Shown: positions 37,400 to 46,043 of the stretch, one piece after another
Position numbering within the stretch: the first letter of the stretch is position 1
Layout: the number at the start of each line of letters is the position of its first letter
Sequence record: OM386658.1
DNA from: Escherichia phage vB_EcoM_ESCO32
Length of the DNA stretch: 64,000 nucleotides
Direction: 5' to 3' (one strand)
Notes under the pieces: model-generated
The model's database searches: none
The model's input: only the letters and a program-made list of their open reading frames with translations
What the model was told of the DNA's origin: nothing
Made by a program: the position numbers and the translations under genes

Positions 37400-38226
37400 C
37401 AAAATTTTTAATCTTTGGTTCAAAAGGTCAATTAGGACAATCTTTGGCAAAAGTTGCACCAGAAGATGTTATTTTGATTGAAGCAAGTGATATAGACATT
37501 ACCAACTTTAAAGATGTTATGAATAGTCTTGTACAGCACGTGCCTGATGTTGTTGTGAATTGTGCGGCTTACACGGCAGTAGATAAAGCTGAAGAAGATG
37601 TTAACACCTGTATAAATGTTAATGCATACGGTGCAACAAACATTGCCAAAGCATGTAATGATTTACTGATACAGTTTGTACATATTTCAACAGACTATGT
37701 TTTTGATGGGCATGTTGCTGGCACAGAAGATAGTAAAACAAACCCCTTGAACACCTACGGTTACAGTAAACAATTAGGTGAAACTTTAGTACAAACAGTT
37801 TGTCCTACAGCACTTACTATCAGAACAGCTTCTGTTTATAGTGAATTTGGACATAACTTTTTGAAAACTATGTTGGAACGCTACAACGGTGGTCAAAAAG
37901 AATTTAATGTAGTATGTGATCATTTGTCGTGTCCTACTTATGCACCTGATCTTGCAGAAACAATTTTTAAACTTGTAAAAGATGGTGTAAATAGTAAAAT
38001 TGTACACTATGCAGGTGCAGATTATATTTCTTGGTATGATTTTGCACGAAAGATATTTCTTGTTATAGATTTATCTGTTACAGTTAATCCTGTATCTGCT
38101 TCAACCTATAATTCCAAAGCAGTCAGACCAGCAACATCTTATTTAAAAACAGATCCTACTTTAAATCCGCGAAGTGTTGATAGCGGTATTGTAAGAACTT
38201 TAACTATACTTTTAAACAAGGAGTGA
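37396..38226 (+). CDS. rmlD: dTDP-4-dehydrorhamnose reductase
   Basis: 276 aa SDR; GSKGQLG N-terminus, YGYSK catalytic motif; completes RmlB-A-C-D set. Confidence 0.75.
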   Translation: MTKFLIFGSKGQLGQSLAKVAPEDVILIEASDIDITNFKDVMNSLVQHVPDVVVNCAAYTAVDKAEEDVNTCINVNAYGATNIAKACNDLLIQFVHISTDYVFDGHVAGTEDSKTNPLNTYGYSKQLGETLVQTVCPTALTIRTASVYSEFGHNFLKTMLERYNGGQKEFNVVCDHLSCPTYAPDLAETIFKLVKDGVNSKIVHYAGADYISWYDFARKIFLVIDLSVTVNPVSASTYNSKAVRPATSYLKTDPTLNPRSVDSGIVRTLTILLNKE

Positions 38227-38228
38227 AA

Positions 38229-38489
38229 ATGAATTTTATTATCTACGGTAAACCAAATTGTCCTTTCTGCACTAACGCTAAGATTCTACTAGAACAGCGT
38301 GAACAGGATTTTAAATACCTTACCTTAGATGAAGACTATTCTTTAGATCAGATTCAGAATCTGGTTTTAGAGAAAACAGGTGTTCTACCACGCACATTTC
38401 CTCAGATTTTTGTGGAAGATGGTGAACAGCTAACCCACGTAGGAGGTTTTTCTGAACTACGTGAATTCATGGCTCAGATTGCGGAGTAA
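38229..38489 (+). CDS. glutaredoxin / NrdH-like redoxin
   Basis: CPFC active-site motif near N-terminus; 87 aa. Confidence 0.75.
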   Translation: MNFIIYGKPNCPFCTNAKILLEQREQDFKYLTLDEDYSLDQIQNLVLEKTGVLPRTFPQIFVEDGEQLTHVGGFSELREFMAQIAE

Positions 38490-38649
38490 CAATATGAAAG
38501 GTAAACAGAAACGTAAGATCTTTTCTCGTGCTTTGGCAACAGAGCTTAAGTCCCAAACTAAAAAGACGAAGCCTAAACGTGAAATGTCTCCTGAACACCT
38601 ACTGTTTCAAGAGCTAGATCATGGGGAGGGCGACTAATATAAGGAAAAC

Positions 38650-39150
38650 ATGGCTAAAGTAGTTGATGTGTTTGATATGTTACGTTTTGATGAAGGACTA
38701 AAGCTAACTGTATATCCTGATACCGAAGGGTATTGGACAGTTGGTATTGGACACCTTCTGACAAAACTCAAAGATAAAGCAGAAGCTATACGCATTCTTG
38801 ATAACTTAGTAGGTAGAAAAACCAATGGAGTTATTACTGAAGCGGAAGCTAGAAGAATCTTTGAAAGTGACGTAAAGAAAGCGATACAACAAATCCATTC
38901 AAGTACCATATTATCTCCTATTTACGATAAAGTAAGTCCTAATCGTAAAATGGCTATTATTAATATGGTATTTCAAATGGGGTTGAAAGGTGCAGAATCT
39001 TTCAAAAATAGCTTGACTTTAGTGAGTAATTCATATTATACTCAAGCCTCTATAAATTTACGTAAAAGTAAATGGTATCGCCAAACGCCTAATCGCGCAG
39101 AGCGTGTAATTCAGGTGCTTAAAACTGGAACATTAGACGCTTATAACTAA
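38650..39150 (+). CDS. lysozyme (T4 e-type endolysin)
   Basis: N-terminus MLRFDEGLKLTVYPDTEGYWTVGIGHLL matches T4 lysozyme catalytic Glu/Asp/Thr context. Confidence 0.85.
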   Translation: MAKVVDVFDMLRFDEGLKLTVYPDTEGYWTVGIGHLLTKLKDKAEAIRILDNLVGRKTNGVITEAEARRIFESDVKKAIQQIHSSTILSPIYDKVSPNRKMAIINMVFQMGLKGAESFKNSLTLVSNSYYTQASINLRKSKWYRQTPNRAERVIQVLKTGTLDAYN

Positions 39151-39151
39151 A

Positions 39152-39176
39152 CAAAGGGGCGAAAGCCCCTTTTATA
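39152..39176 (+). terminator. rho-independent terminator, GGGGC-GAAA-GCCCC hairpin plus T-tract
   Basis: Second copy of the repeated tetraloop hairpin. Confidence 0.6.
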
Positions 39177-39188
39177 AGGAGTGCAAAC

Positions 39189-39941
39189 ATGGGAAATAAA
39201 ACCGCAAAGGCTCGTCGTCAATCAGCAGCCAATGATGACAAACGTGCCAGTCGTTATGCGGCTAAAGCAGTAGGAAATGATGATTACCGTCTTGATGAAT
39301 TTACCCCTGTTGGGAATCAAGAAGCTATTGTAAGAAGCATGGTTTGGAATGATTTAACCATTGTTAACGCCCCAGCAGGAACAGGAAAAACGACAACAGC
39401 ACTATGGAAAGCATTGCAAATGCTTAAAGCTGGTGATTTCAGAAAGTTGATTTTCCTTAAAAACCCGACAGAAGTAGGTGATGACCAGATTGGTTTCTTA
39501 TCTGGAGATAAAACTGATAAACTAGCAGCACACTACGAATCAACTAAACGAATTTTCCAACAGTTTATGACTGCAAATAAATTGGAAAACGATATTGCAA
39601 GTGGCAAAATTGAACTTAATATTCCAAACTATGCACTAGGTGCTACGTGGGATAACAGCATTATTCTTATTGATGAAGTTCAACTTATGTCACCAAACAC
39701 AGTAAAACTTCTTCTTGAGCGAGCAGGTCTTAATACACGAATTGTCATTATGGGCGATGTTAATCAAACATATGCAATTAAACGAAGAGCTAACGGGTTA
39801 GGTGATTTGTTAGATCGTGTTGTTCCTATTAACGAAGAAGGAGAAAGGGAAGCTATTGTAGATTTTATTGGTTATGTTGAAATGACAACTGCTGATAACC
39901 AACGTTCCCGTTTGTCTCAGTTCATCACGGAAGTATATTAA
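39189..39941 (+). CDS. PhoH-like ATPase
   Basis: Walker A NAPAGTGKTT, downstream LIDEVQ Walker B-like block. Confidence 0.8.
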   Translation: MGNKTAKARRQSAANDDKRASRYAAKAVGNDDYRLDEFTPVGNQEAIVRSMVWNDLTIVNAPAGTGKTTTALWKALQMLKAGDFRKLIFLKNPTEVGDDQIGFLSGDKTDKLAAHYESTKRIFQQFMTANKLENDIASGKIELNIPNYALGATWDNSIILIDEVQLMSPNTVKLLLERAGLNTRIVIMGDVNQTYAIKRRANGLGDLLDRVVPINEEGEREAIVDFIGYVEMTTADNQRSRLSQFITEVY

Positions 39942-39977
39942 TAATTACAAGGCAAGGATGCCTGTTATGGAGGTTAA

Positions 39978-40472
39978 ATGACGCTAATTGAGATTGATCG
40001 CAATGGTATTGATGAATGCTATCAAGCTGGCTTAGTTAAGCCGAATGAGTTTAGACAGATTTATATTGACAAGATTGAAAAAGAGATATCTCTTCGTTTA
40101 GAGAACATGACAACTTTGCAAAAAGTTCAGATGTTTTTTAGTTGGTTAAAAGGCGAGGATTGGCTAACTAAATATTACCAGGAATTATCTGATAGTCAAG
40201 AAGGCTTGTTTGAGTGTATAATAAATATAGCTGGGTCTAATTCAGAATTACTCCTGATTGATGAAGAAGATTCTAAACTTCTTTTTCTTAGCAGTATCTT
40301 TCACAAGAAATCTATGTTAGTAAGAAATTGCAGTGATTTACTAAATCATCCACTAACAAGAACTAATAAAATTCTTGTGGATAAAGAAACACTAAGAGCT
40401 ATTGATTACCTCCGTAAATATGTAAGCGGTGGTAAAGCAGTCCTTAAAACACTACAGGAGGAAGTACAATGA
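39978..40472 (+). CDS. hypothetical protein
   Basis: ORF track; stop overlaps start of HslV-like gene. Confidence 0.35.
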   Translation: MTLIEIDRNGIDECYQAGLVKPNEFRQIYIDKIEKEISLRLENMTTLQKVQMFFSWLKGEDWLTKYYQELSDSQEGLFECIINIAGSNSELLLIDEEDSKLLFLSSIFHKKSMLVRNCSDLLNHPLTRTNKILVDKETLRAIDYLRKYVSGGKAVLKTLQEEVQ

Positions 40473-41122
40473 CAACAATTATTGCAACACATAACAAAAT
40501 TCTATCTGATGGTAAAGTAACAGTAGGTAATCGAGTAGACACTTTAAATTTCAAGAAAGTGCGTAAAATTGGGGATTACCTTGTTGGTGGTGCAGGACGT
40601 CTGTCTTCTATCCTGACTTTCTTTTCTTGGTTCGAACAAAACTTACAGTGCCAGGCAGCACAAGAGACAATCCCAGGTTTGGTGATCCAGTCAGATCCTG
40701 ATAAAGAAGATGAAGAGTTTGTGGCATTAGTTGTTCACCCAGACGGTAAAATTTATATGCACGAGGGTAACAATCCAACGCGAGCATATCCTTTAACTGA
40801 AGATTATTATGCTGTTGGTAGTGGGGCAGATTTTGCTTTAGCAGCTTTAGACGCTGGGGCAACCCCAGAAGAAGCGATGGAAGTTGCAAAACTGCGAGAT
40901 GCTTTTTCAGGCGGTGAAACTTTTATCGAAGAGATCGAAGAACAACTGGAGTTAACAGCGGAAGATATTCTGAACTTCAGCAAGGAGCAACTAATTAGTA
41001 TGCTGTTGACTGGTGATCCTGATAGTGATGAAGCTGAAAGTATTTTAGCAGAAATGAAAGAATCACAAGAAAAAGTATTGACAGTCTCTGAAAAACTTGA
41101 TAAAGTGTCCTCTGATAATTAA
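40469..41122 (+). CDS. HslV-like proteasome-type Ntn hydrolase with acidic C-terminal extension
   Basis: N-terminus MTTIIAT...GNRVD...KKVRKIG...GGAG parallels HslV Thr1 nucleophile, Lys33 and GxxG segments. Confidence 0.5.
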   Translation: MTTIIATHNKILSDGKVTVGNRVDTLNFKKVRKIGDYLVGGAGRLSSILTFFSWFEQNLQCQAAQETIPGLVIQSDPDKEDEEFVALVVHPDGKIYMHEGNNPTRAYPLTEDYYAVGSGADFALAALDAGATPEEAMEVAKLRDAFSGGETFIEEIEEQLELTAEDILNFSKEQLISMLLTGDPDSDEAESILAEMKESQEKVLTVSEKLDKVSSDN

Positions 41123-41130
41123 TCTAGTAT

Positions 41131-41153
41131 AAACCCCCGCAAGGGGGTTATTA
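41131..41153 (+). terminator. stem-loop (CCCCC-GCAA-GGGGG) plus weak T-tract
   Basis: Hairpin after HslV-like gene. Confidence 0.4.
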
Positions 41154-41162
41154 GGAGGAGAT

Positions 41163-41591
41163 ATGTTACCAGTACCTGTAATCTTTGTAGAAAAAGCCTA
41201 CTACTCTTTAGAACAAAATTGTAAAAGAGCTAAAAATTTTATTGAAAGTTTAGCAGAACAGCGTTACACTGTATCTAAAAAGGGATGGTTCAGAACTTCA
41301 CAATATTTAGTCAACCCTTTCGGAGAAGTTCGTGTGTTGTATGGCAACACAGAAAATATCTTAGAAAGAATGTTAGAACTAGACAGGATCTCCTCCTGTG
41401 ATTATCAACTGTTGAAATTTTACGATGTGTCAGAAAACGTTAAAAACTTTCTTGATGACTTATGTAAACGAAAAACAGAAGAAGATACAATACCAGTATC
41501 TATGGAAGAATTAACGTTCTTAAGAGATATTATGGTTTTTGAAGAAAACCCTGAAATCACAAAAGAGGAGATTTTAAGTAGTGGCAAATAA
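41163..41591 (+). CDS. hypothetical protein
   Basis: ORF track; RBS AGGAGG. Confidence 0.35.
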   Translation: MLPVPVIFVEKAYYSLEQNCKRAKNFIESLAEQRYTVSKKGWFRTSQYLVNPFGEVRVLYGNTENILERMLELDRISSCDYQLLKFYDVSENVKNFLDDLCKRKTEEDTIPVSMEELTFLRDIMVFEENPEITKEEILSSGK

Positions 41592-42090
41592 GTATGATCG
41601 TCCACCAACTGATTACTATCCTACTCCACAAAAATGTATAAATGCATTATTTAGTGTAATAGATTTTAATAACCTTAAAGAAGAAGGTTTTATTTTTGCA
41701 GAACCGTGTAAAGGCGCTGCTGCTGCAATTTATCAACATTTTCCAGAAGGATCAGAATATTGTGAGTTAGAAGAAGGGAAGGATTATTTTAACCACGAAT
41801 GGCATACTAAGCCGGATATTATAATCACAAATCCACCATTCAGACTTGCACTTGAGTTCTTGCAAAAGAGCTTAAAAGAAGCAGACGTTTGCATATACTT
41901 GTTGCGTCTTGGGTTCCTAGAGTCTATTAAACGAAGGGAATTCCATAAACAGAATCCACCAACAAATTTGATTGTTCTTTCTGAACGACCATCTTTTGTT
42001 GCAGGTGGTACTGATAAGACAGCATATGCTTGGTACGTCTACGACCCAAAAAACAGGCTGGGTTTAACTCAACCTTTCTATTTTGTTTAA
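41581..42090 (+). CDS. small amino-methyltransferase (DNA N6-adenine or N4-cytosine MTase, putative)
   Basis: DYYPTP near N-terminus, EPCKGAAAA (SAM-binding-like), IITNPPF catalytic (D/N)PP(Y/F) motif. Confidence 0.55.
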   Translation: MANKYDRPPTDYYPTPQKCINALFSVIDFNNLKEEGFIFAEPCKGAAAAIYQHFPEGSEYCELEEGKDYFNHEWHTKPDIIITNPPFRLALEFLQKSLKEADVCIYLLRLGFLESIKRREFHKQNPPTNLIVLSERPSFVAGGTDKTAYAWYVYDPKNRLGLTQPFYFV

Positions 42091-42334
42091 GAGGAGCATT
42101 TTTATGACCGAGAAATTTATTGTTACTATGGAACTCACCTTTGATGAAGAAGATTTTGATCTTCATGTATCAACTAAAGCAGATAACATTCACACAACAC
42201 AGAGTGTTGCAATCGCTATGTTCTTTAAGCAAGCAATTGCAAAACAAGCTGAAGTGTGTGCTGGTTTAGCTGTAGAGTACGCAGAAGTTGTCAAGGTTCT
42301 TGAAAGTGCTCGCAACAACGATTGGGATGAATAA
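42083..42334 (+). CDS. hypothetical protein
   Basis: ORF track. Confidence 0.3.
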   Translation: MFKRSIFMTEKFIVTMELTFDEEDFDLHVSTKADNIHTTQSVAIAMFFKQAIAKQAEVCAGLAVEYAEVVKVLESARNNDWDE

Positions 42335-42537
42335 TGGCATACAATTACTATCTGGTATATTTTAACGAAACTAAGAAAAAAGACACAGGAACTAATGTTT
42401 ATGCGGAATCCGAAGAACACGCAAAAGCTATTGGTTCAGTGCTTCTTTCTAGAATAGCAGGTGAAGAAATTCCTGTAGAGGCTATCTTTGCAGAAGTTGA
42501 CCCTGATATTCAAGAAGATGATATTACCACTACTTAA
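42334..42537 (+). CDS. hypothetical protein
   Basis: ORF track. Confidence 0.3.
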   Translation: MAYNYYLVYFNETKKKDTGTNVYAESEEHAKAIGSVLLSRIAGEEIPVEAIFAEVDPDIQEDDITTT

Positions 42538-42540
42538 CTG

Positions 42541-42569
42541 TTGACTTTAACATTAAGGTAGTGCATACT
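42541..42569 (+). promoter_or_regulatory. possible sigma70-like promoter (TTGACT - 17 nt - CATACT)
   Basis: Hexamers upstream of serine recombinase gene; -10 is weak. Confidence 0.3.
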
Positions 42570-42594
42570 TCCTGCAACAGAACAGGAGGGTATT

Positions 42595-43257
42595 ATGAAG
42601 TTTGTACTGTATCATCGACTTTCTAAGAAGAAACAACAAGGCAACCAGTATGGTATAGAATCACAGGAAGCAGATATCCAACGCTTCCTGGATTCACAAG
42701 AAAATTATACTATTGTAGGTAGCTTTGCAGAGTTTTATTCTGGTAAAGGCGATTGGAAGCAACGTAGAGAGCTTGTAAAAGCTGTTAATCTTTGCAAAGA
42801 AACAGGTGCTACACTTGTTGTTGCTAAGGTTGACCGTCTGGGACGTAACACAGCTTCTGTTGCAACCTTGTTAGAGATGATTAATGTACGGATAGCAACT
42901 ATGCCCTCCGCTGAAAATATGATAATAAATATTTTAGCAGTTCTGGCAGAAGAAGAGGCTCGTGCAATATCTGATCGTGTTAAGAAGAGCCTTAAGGTAG
43001 CAAAAGCGAAGGGAACGCTTCTTGGTGCAGCAAACCCTAAATACAAAAGAACAGATTATACGAAAACGGAAGAAGCAAAACGCTCAAGAGAGTTTGCGCT
43101 TTCTTTAAAAGATTCTTTAGTTGCATACAGAGCTTGTAAAACGCCATATATGACGATTGCAAAGCATCTGAATGAATCAGGAAAGAGAACTATTCGTGGG
43201 AGTTTGTTCGATGCCAAAGCGGTACAACGTCTTTGTGCAAAATTGAATATTAAATAA
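42595..43257 (+). CDS. serine recombinase (resolvase/invertase family)
   Basis: N-terminal YHRLSKKKQ (catalytic Ser context), GATLVVAKVDRLGRN signature, E-helix region, C-terminal HTH-like tail. Confidence 0.6.
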   Translation: MKFVLYHRLSKKKQQGNQYGIESQEADIQRFLDSQENYTIVGSFAEFYSGKGDWKQRRELVKAVNLCKETGATLVVAKVDRLGRNTASVATLLEMINVRIATMPSAENMIINILAVLAEEEARAISDRVKKSLKVAKAKGTLLGAANPKYKRTDYTKTEEAKRSREFALSLKDSLVAYRACKTPYMTIAKHLNESGKRTIRGSLFDAKAVQRLCAKLNIK

Positions 43258-43266
43258 GGAGGAAAC

Positions 43267-43470
43267 ATGGCAGTTCAATCTTTTGAGGAGACTGTTAAAA
43301 AACAATTCCTATCGAAGCGAGCGATGGTTGAATTTTTGCATTTTCTCGAAGTAGATAGGGTACTTATTGAGACTACACCAGATGGTAACTGGCAAGTCTC
43401 GTATATTGCCACCAGGCATATCGTAGACAGTACGAAAGAAGAAAGTTCGGAAGTTACGGTTGCTAGTTAA
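43267..43470 (+). CDS. hypothetical protein
   Basis: ORF track; RBS AAGGAGG. Confidence 0.3.
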   Translation: MAVQSFEETVKKQFLSKRAMVEFLHFLEVDRVLIETTPDGNWQVSYIATRHIVDSTKEESSEVTVAS

Positions 43471-43481
43471 AGGAGTTAAAT

Positions 43482-44054
43482 ATGCGTTTAGCTTTTAACG
43501 GGAAGATAAGCACAGCAAACATATTGTCAGCAGTAGGATTATTAGGTAAAAAATTCACACCTTTCAGTTTACCAGTTTGTGTAGATTTTGATCATGTGTT
43601 TGATATTAATAATCCTTCACGTTGTATCGCCAGAAGTAATATTGATAACCCAAGTGAAAATCTGTTTTATATTACTAAACCATCCCAAGCAATTTTGAAT
43701 CAATGGGAAGCAGGTCTGATTAAACCAGGTAAATATTTTGCATTACTACCTTGTAAATCATTGGCTATAGAGGACAGTCTAAACTATGCAAACAATCTTG
43801 TTGTTACAGCATTCATTGTCTCAGAAAAAGAAGAAACTGCGGCACTTGCAAACACTGTTAAATCTTTGTATGATGCTTTGGGTGTTACTTACACTACCTT
43901 CGTTTGTGAAGATATTCCACATTGCGTTGAATTCGTGGTGAATGGTGTAACTGTATGTCGTGTAGAAACAACTCAAGACGAAGACGTTTTTATTACTGTA
44001 GCCGATGTAATATCTGAACCTGTGTTTAGTTACGCAGTTTCATTAACACATTAA
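43482..44054 (+). CDS. hypothetical protein
   Basis: ORF track. Confidence 0.35.
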   Translation: MRLAFNGKISTANILSAVGLLGKKFTPFSLPVCVDFDHVFDINNPSRCIARSNIDNPSENLFYITKPSQAILNQWEAGLIKPGKYFALLPCKSLAIEDSLNYANNLVVTAFIVSEKEETAALANTVKSLYDALGVTYTTFVCEDIPHCVEFVVNGVTVCRVETTQDEDVFITVADVISEPVFSYAVSLTH

Positions 44055-44064
44055 GGAGAAGGGG

Positions 44065-44391
44065 ATGAAAATAACGACAGAACAGGCTTTAATAGACAAA
44101 GGAAGGGAAATCTTAGAAAGTCATTTGGAGGATATTCAAAGGACTCCAGGGTATCTCGGCTGGCGTATACAAGAAGCCGTCGATTTTCTACCCCGTAAAA
44201 ATAAAGAGATTGAAGTAAGATCTCTATTCCTCCTTGTTAAAGTAGATGGTGACGCTATATACAAAGATGTAGCGTCTCACATTGAACAAATAGAAGAAAA
44301 AGCCTACAAAGAATTTGCAGATCTTGTTGTAGAACATAATATAGAAGGTAAAGTTAATATCTTTATACTTATGGATTTTGAGGAGAGTTGA
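44065..44391 (+). CDS. hypothetical protein
   Basis: ORF track. Confidence 0.3.
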   Translation: MKITTEQALIDKGREILESHLEDIQRTPGYLGWRIQEAVDFLPRKNKEIEVRSLFLLVKVDGDAIYKDVASHIEQIEEKAYKEFADLVVEHNIEGKVNIFILMDFEES

Positions 44392-45134
44392 TGTTAGTAT
44401 ATCAAGAAATTAGTGTAAAAGATGATCAAGACCTGTTTATTATTGGTGATTTACATGGTTGCTTTGATTTGTATCAGAAGGGTGTTAATACTTTAGGTAT
44501 CCGAGATCAAGATGTTGTTGTATCTTTAGGAGATCTTACAGATCGCGGCAAGCAGAATTTTCGTTGTGTTGTTGAATTCACCAGAAAGCTAAATCGTTAT
44601 GGTATTCGTGGAAATCATGAAGATATGATGATTAAAGGGTTGCTAGAAGGTGATAGACGATATTACGAATGTTGGTTTCAGAACGGAGGCCATACAGTTC
44701 TAGACGAGTGTGGAGAAGAGGGTGCAACTGCTCTTGCTTTGATGCTAGAAGATTTACCTGTTGTACTTGTTGTCAATTATCGTAATATGAAACTAGGCTT
44801 TATTCACGGTGGGTATCCTTCAGTTTTGGAACATTTACCAGTAACAGAAGTTTTGCCATTTTGTTTGAATATGAATAAAGAGCAAGTTTCTCGATTCACA
44901 GAATCTTTAATGTGGGATCGTGATATGATAGATTGCGCACTTGAAGGGATTCTTCTTCCTAGGGTTTCAGGAGTAGATTATGTATTTCACGGGCATTCTT
45001 ATGTTCCTAAACCTGTAATTAGCAGTAATAGGGTATATATGGACACAGGATCTTGCTTCAATGGTAATTTAACCTTTGCATATTTTGATGATTCAAATAC
45101 GTTACAATTTTATTCTACTTTAGAGGAGGATTAA
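44388..45134 (+). CDS. Ser/Thr protein phosphatase (PPP-family metallophosphatase)
   Basis: GDLHGC, GDLTDRG, GNHE signature triad. Confidence 0.75.
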   Translation: MMLVYQEISVKDDQDLFIIGDLHGCFDLYQKGVNTLGIRDQDVVVSLGDLTDRGKQNFRCVVEFTRKLNRYGIRGNHEDMMIKGLLEGDRRYYECWFQNGGHTVLDECGEEGATALALMLEDLPVVLVVNYRNMKLGFIHGGYPSVLEHLPVTEVLPFCLNMNKEQVSRFTESLMWDRDMIDCALEGILLPRVSGVDYVFHGHSYVPKPVISSNRVYMDTGSCFNGNLTFAYFDDSNTLQFYSTLEED

Positions 45135-45454
45135 TGTATAAAATCACAATTAAAGAAACAGTAGGAGAACTTACGAAAGAAACTACTATTGAGACGGAAG
45201 ATGTTGAGTTAGTCCAAGAGCTTTTATTTCCAAAACCAGAAATAAAAGACAATGATGAACAGTTGGATGAAGATAATGAGACAGCAAGGGATAAATGGAA
45301 GAAACAATTAGCGGAGATTTGGAAAAAGCCTGAAGTAACTCCTCCATACGATCCTCGTAGACCTTATTATCCTTGGGAAATTGGAAGCCCTTGGTTTACG
45401 TACCCTATTACTCCAATTGTTAATCCAATTGTTACTCCCAATATTACTTGTTAA
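45134..45454 (+). CDS. hypothetical protein with Pro-rich C-terminus
   Basis: ORF track. Confidence 0.3.
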   Translation: MYKITIKETVGELTKETTIETEDVELVQELLFPKPEIKDNDEQLDEDNETARDKWKKQLAEIWKKPEVTPPYDPRRPYYPWEIGSPWFTYPITPIVNPIVTPNITC

Positions 45455-45464
45455 GGAGAAAACC

Positions 45465-46043
45465 ATGAGCGATTTATTCTACACAGGTGTTGGTAGCAGA
45501 GATATTACAGACGAAGAATGGGATACTATGGTATCTGTTGCAAAATGGTTATCTACATGGTTCATTTTGCGGTCTGGTAAAGCAGAAGGTGCAGATTCCG
45601 CATTTGAATGCGGGGTATATGATAGTGGGAACAATACGAAGAAAGAAATATACATCCCTTGGCTCTCGTTTAAAGGTAATGAGATAGAGGGAGAGGTTAT
45701 TGTTCTTGACAGACCAGATAGTGTAAACTATGCTTTAACCTTACAATATGCAAAAGAATTGCATCCAGCTTGGGACAGATTATCTCAAGGTGCTAAAAAA
45801 TTACATCAAAGAAATATCCACCAAGTTCTTGGAAGAGATCTTGAGAATCCAAAACCATCTTGTTTTCTTTTAGCTTGTGCAAATACAGATAAAAATGGAG
45901 ATCCTTTAGGTGGTACAAGAACAGCTTGGATGTTGGCTAAAAAGTTTAATGTCCCTTGTTTTAATATTCGAGGTAAAAGTAAAAAACAAATTTTCGAATT
46001 TATTAAGCCTATTTTAGAGGAGAATGGTCTTGTCCAGAAATAA
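45465..46043 (+). CDS. DprA/Smf-like SLOG-domain protein
   Basis: YTGVGSRDI...LRSGKAEGADSAFECG resembles DprA Rossmann motifs; ATG after AAGGAG. Confidence 0.45.
   Translation: MSDLFYTGVGSRDITDEEWDTMVSVAKWLSTWFILRSGKAEGADSAFECGVYDSGNNTKKEIYIPWLSFKGNEIEGEVIVLDRPDSVNYALTLQYAKELHPAWDRLSQGAKKLHQRNIHQVLGRDLENPKPSCFLLACANTDKNGDPLGGTRTAWMLAKKFNVPCFNIRGKSKKQIFEFIKPILEENGLVQK

Noticed and set aside
38650-39150. A holin gene immediately adjacent to the T4-type lysozyme
   Set aside because: Neighbouring ORFs (glutaredoxin upstream, PhoH downstream, a small basic non-hydrophobic ORF at about 38495..38637) lack transmembrane segments; candidate holin-like small membrane proteins occur elsewhere (21566..21745, 53060..53272) but cannot be assigned.
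42595-43257. Interpreting the serine recombinase as evidence of a temperate lifestyle or prophage integration module
   Set aside because: It is a small resolvase-type enzyme, not a large serine or tyrosine integrase; no repressor, attP-like site or excisionase was seen, and the rest of the window is typical of a virulent phage.
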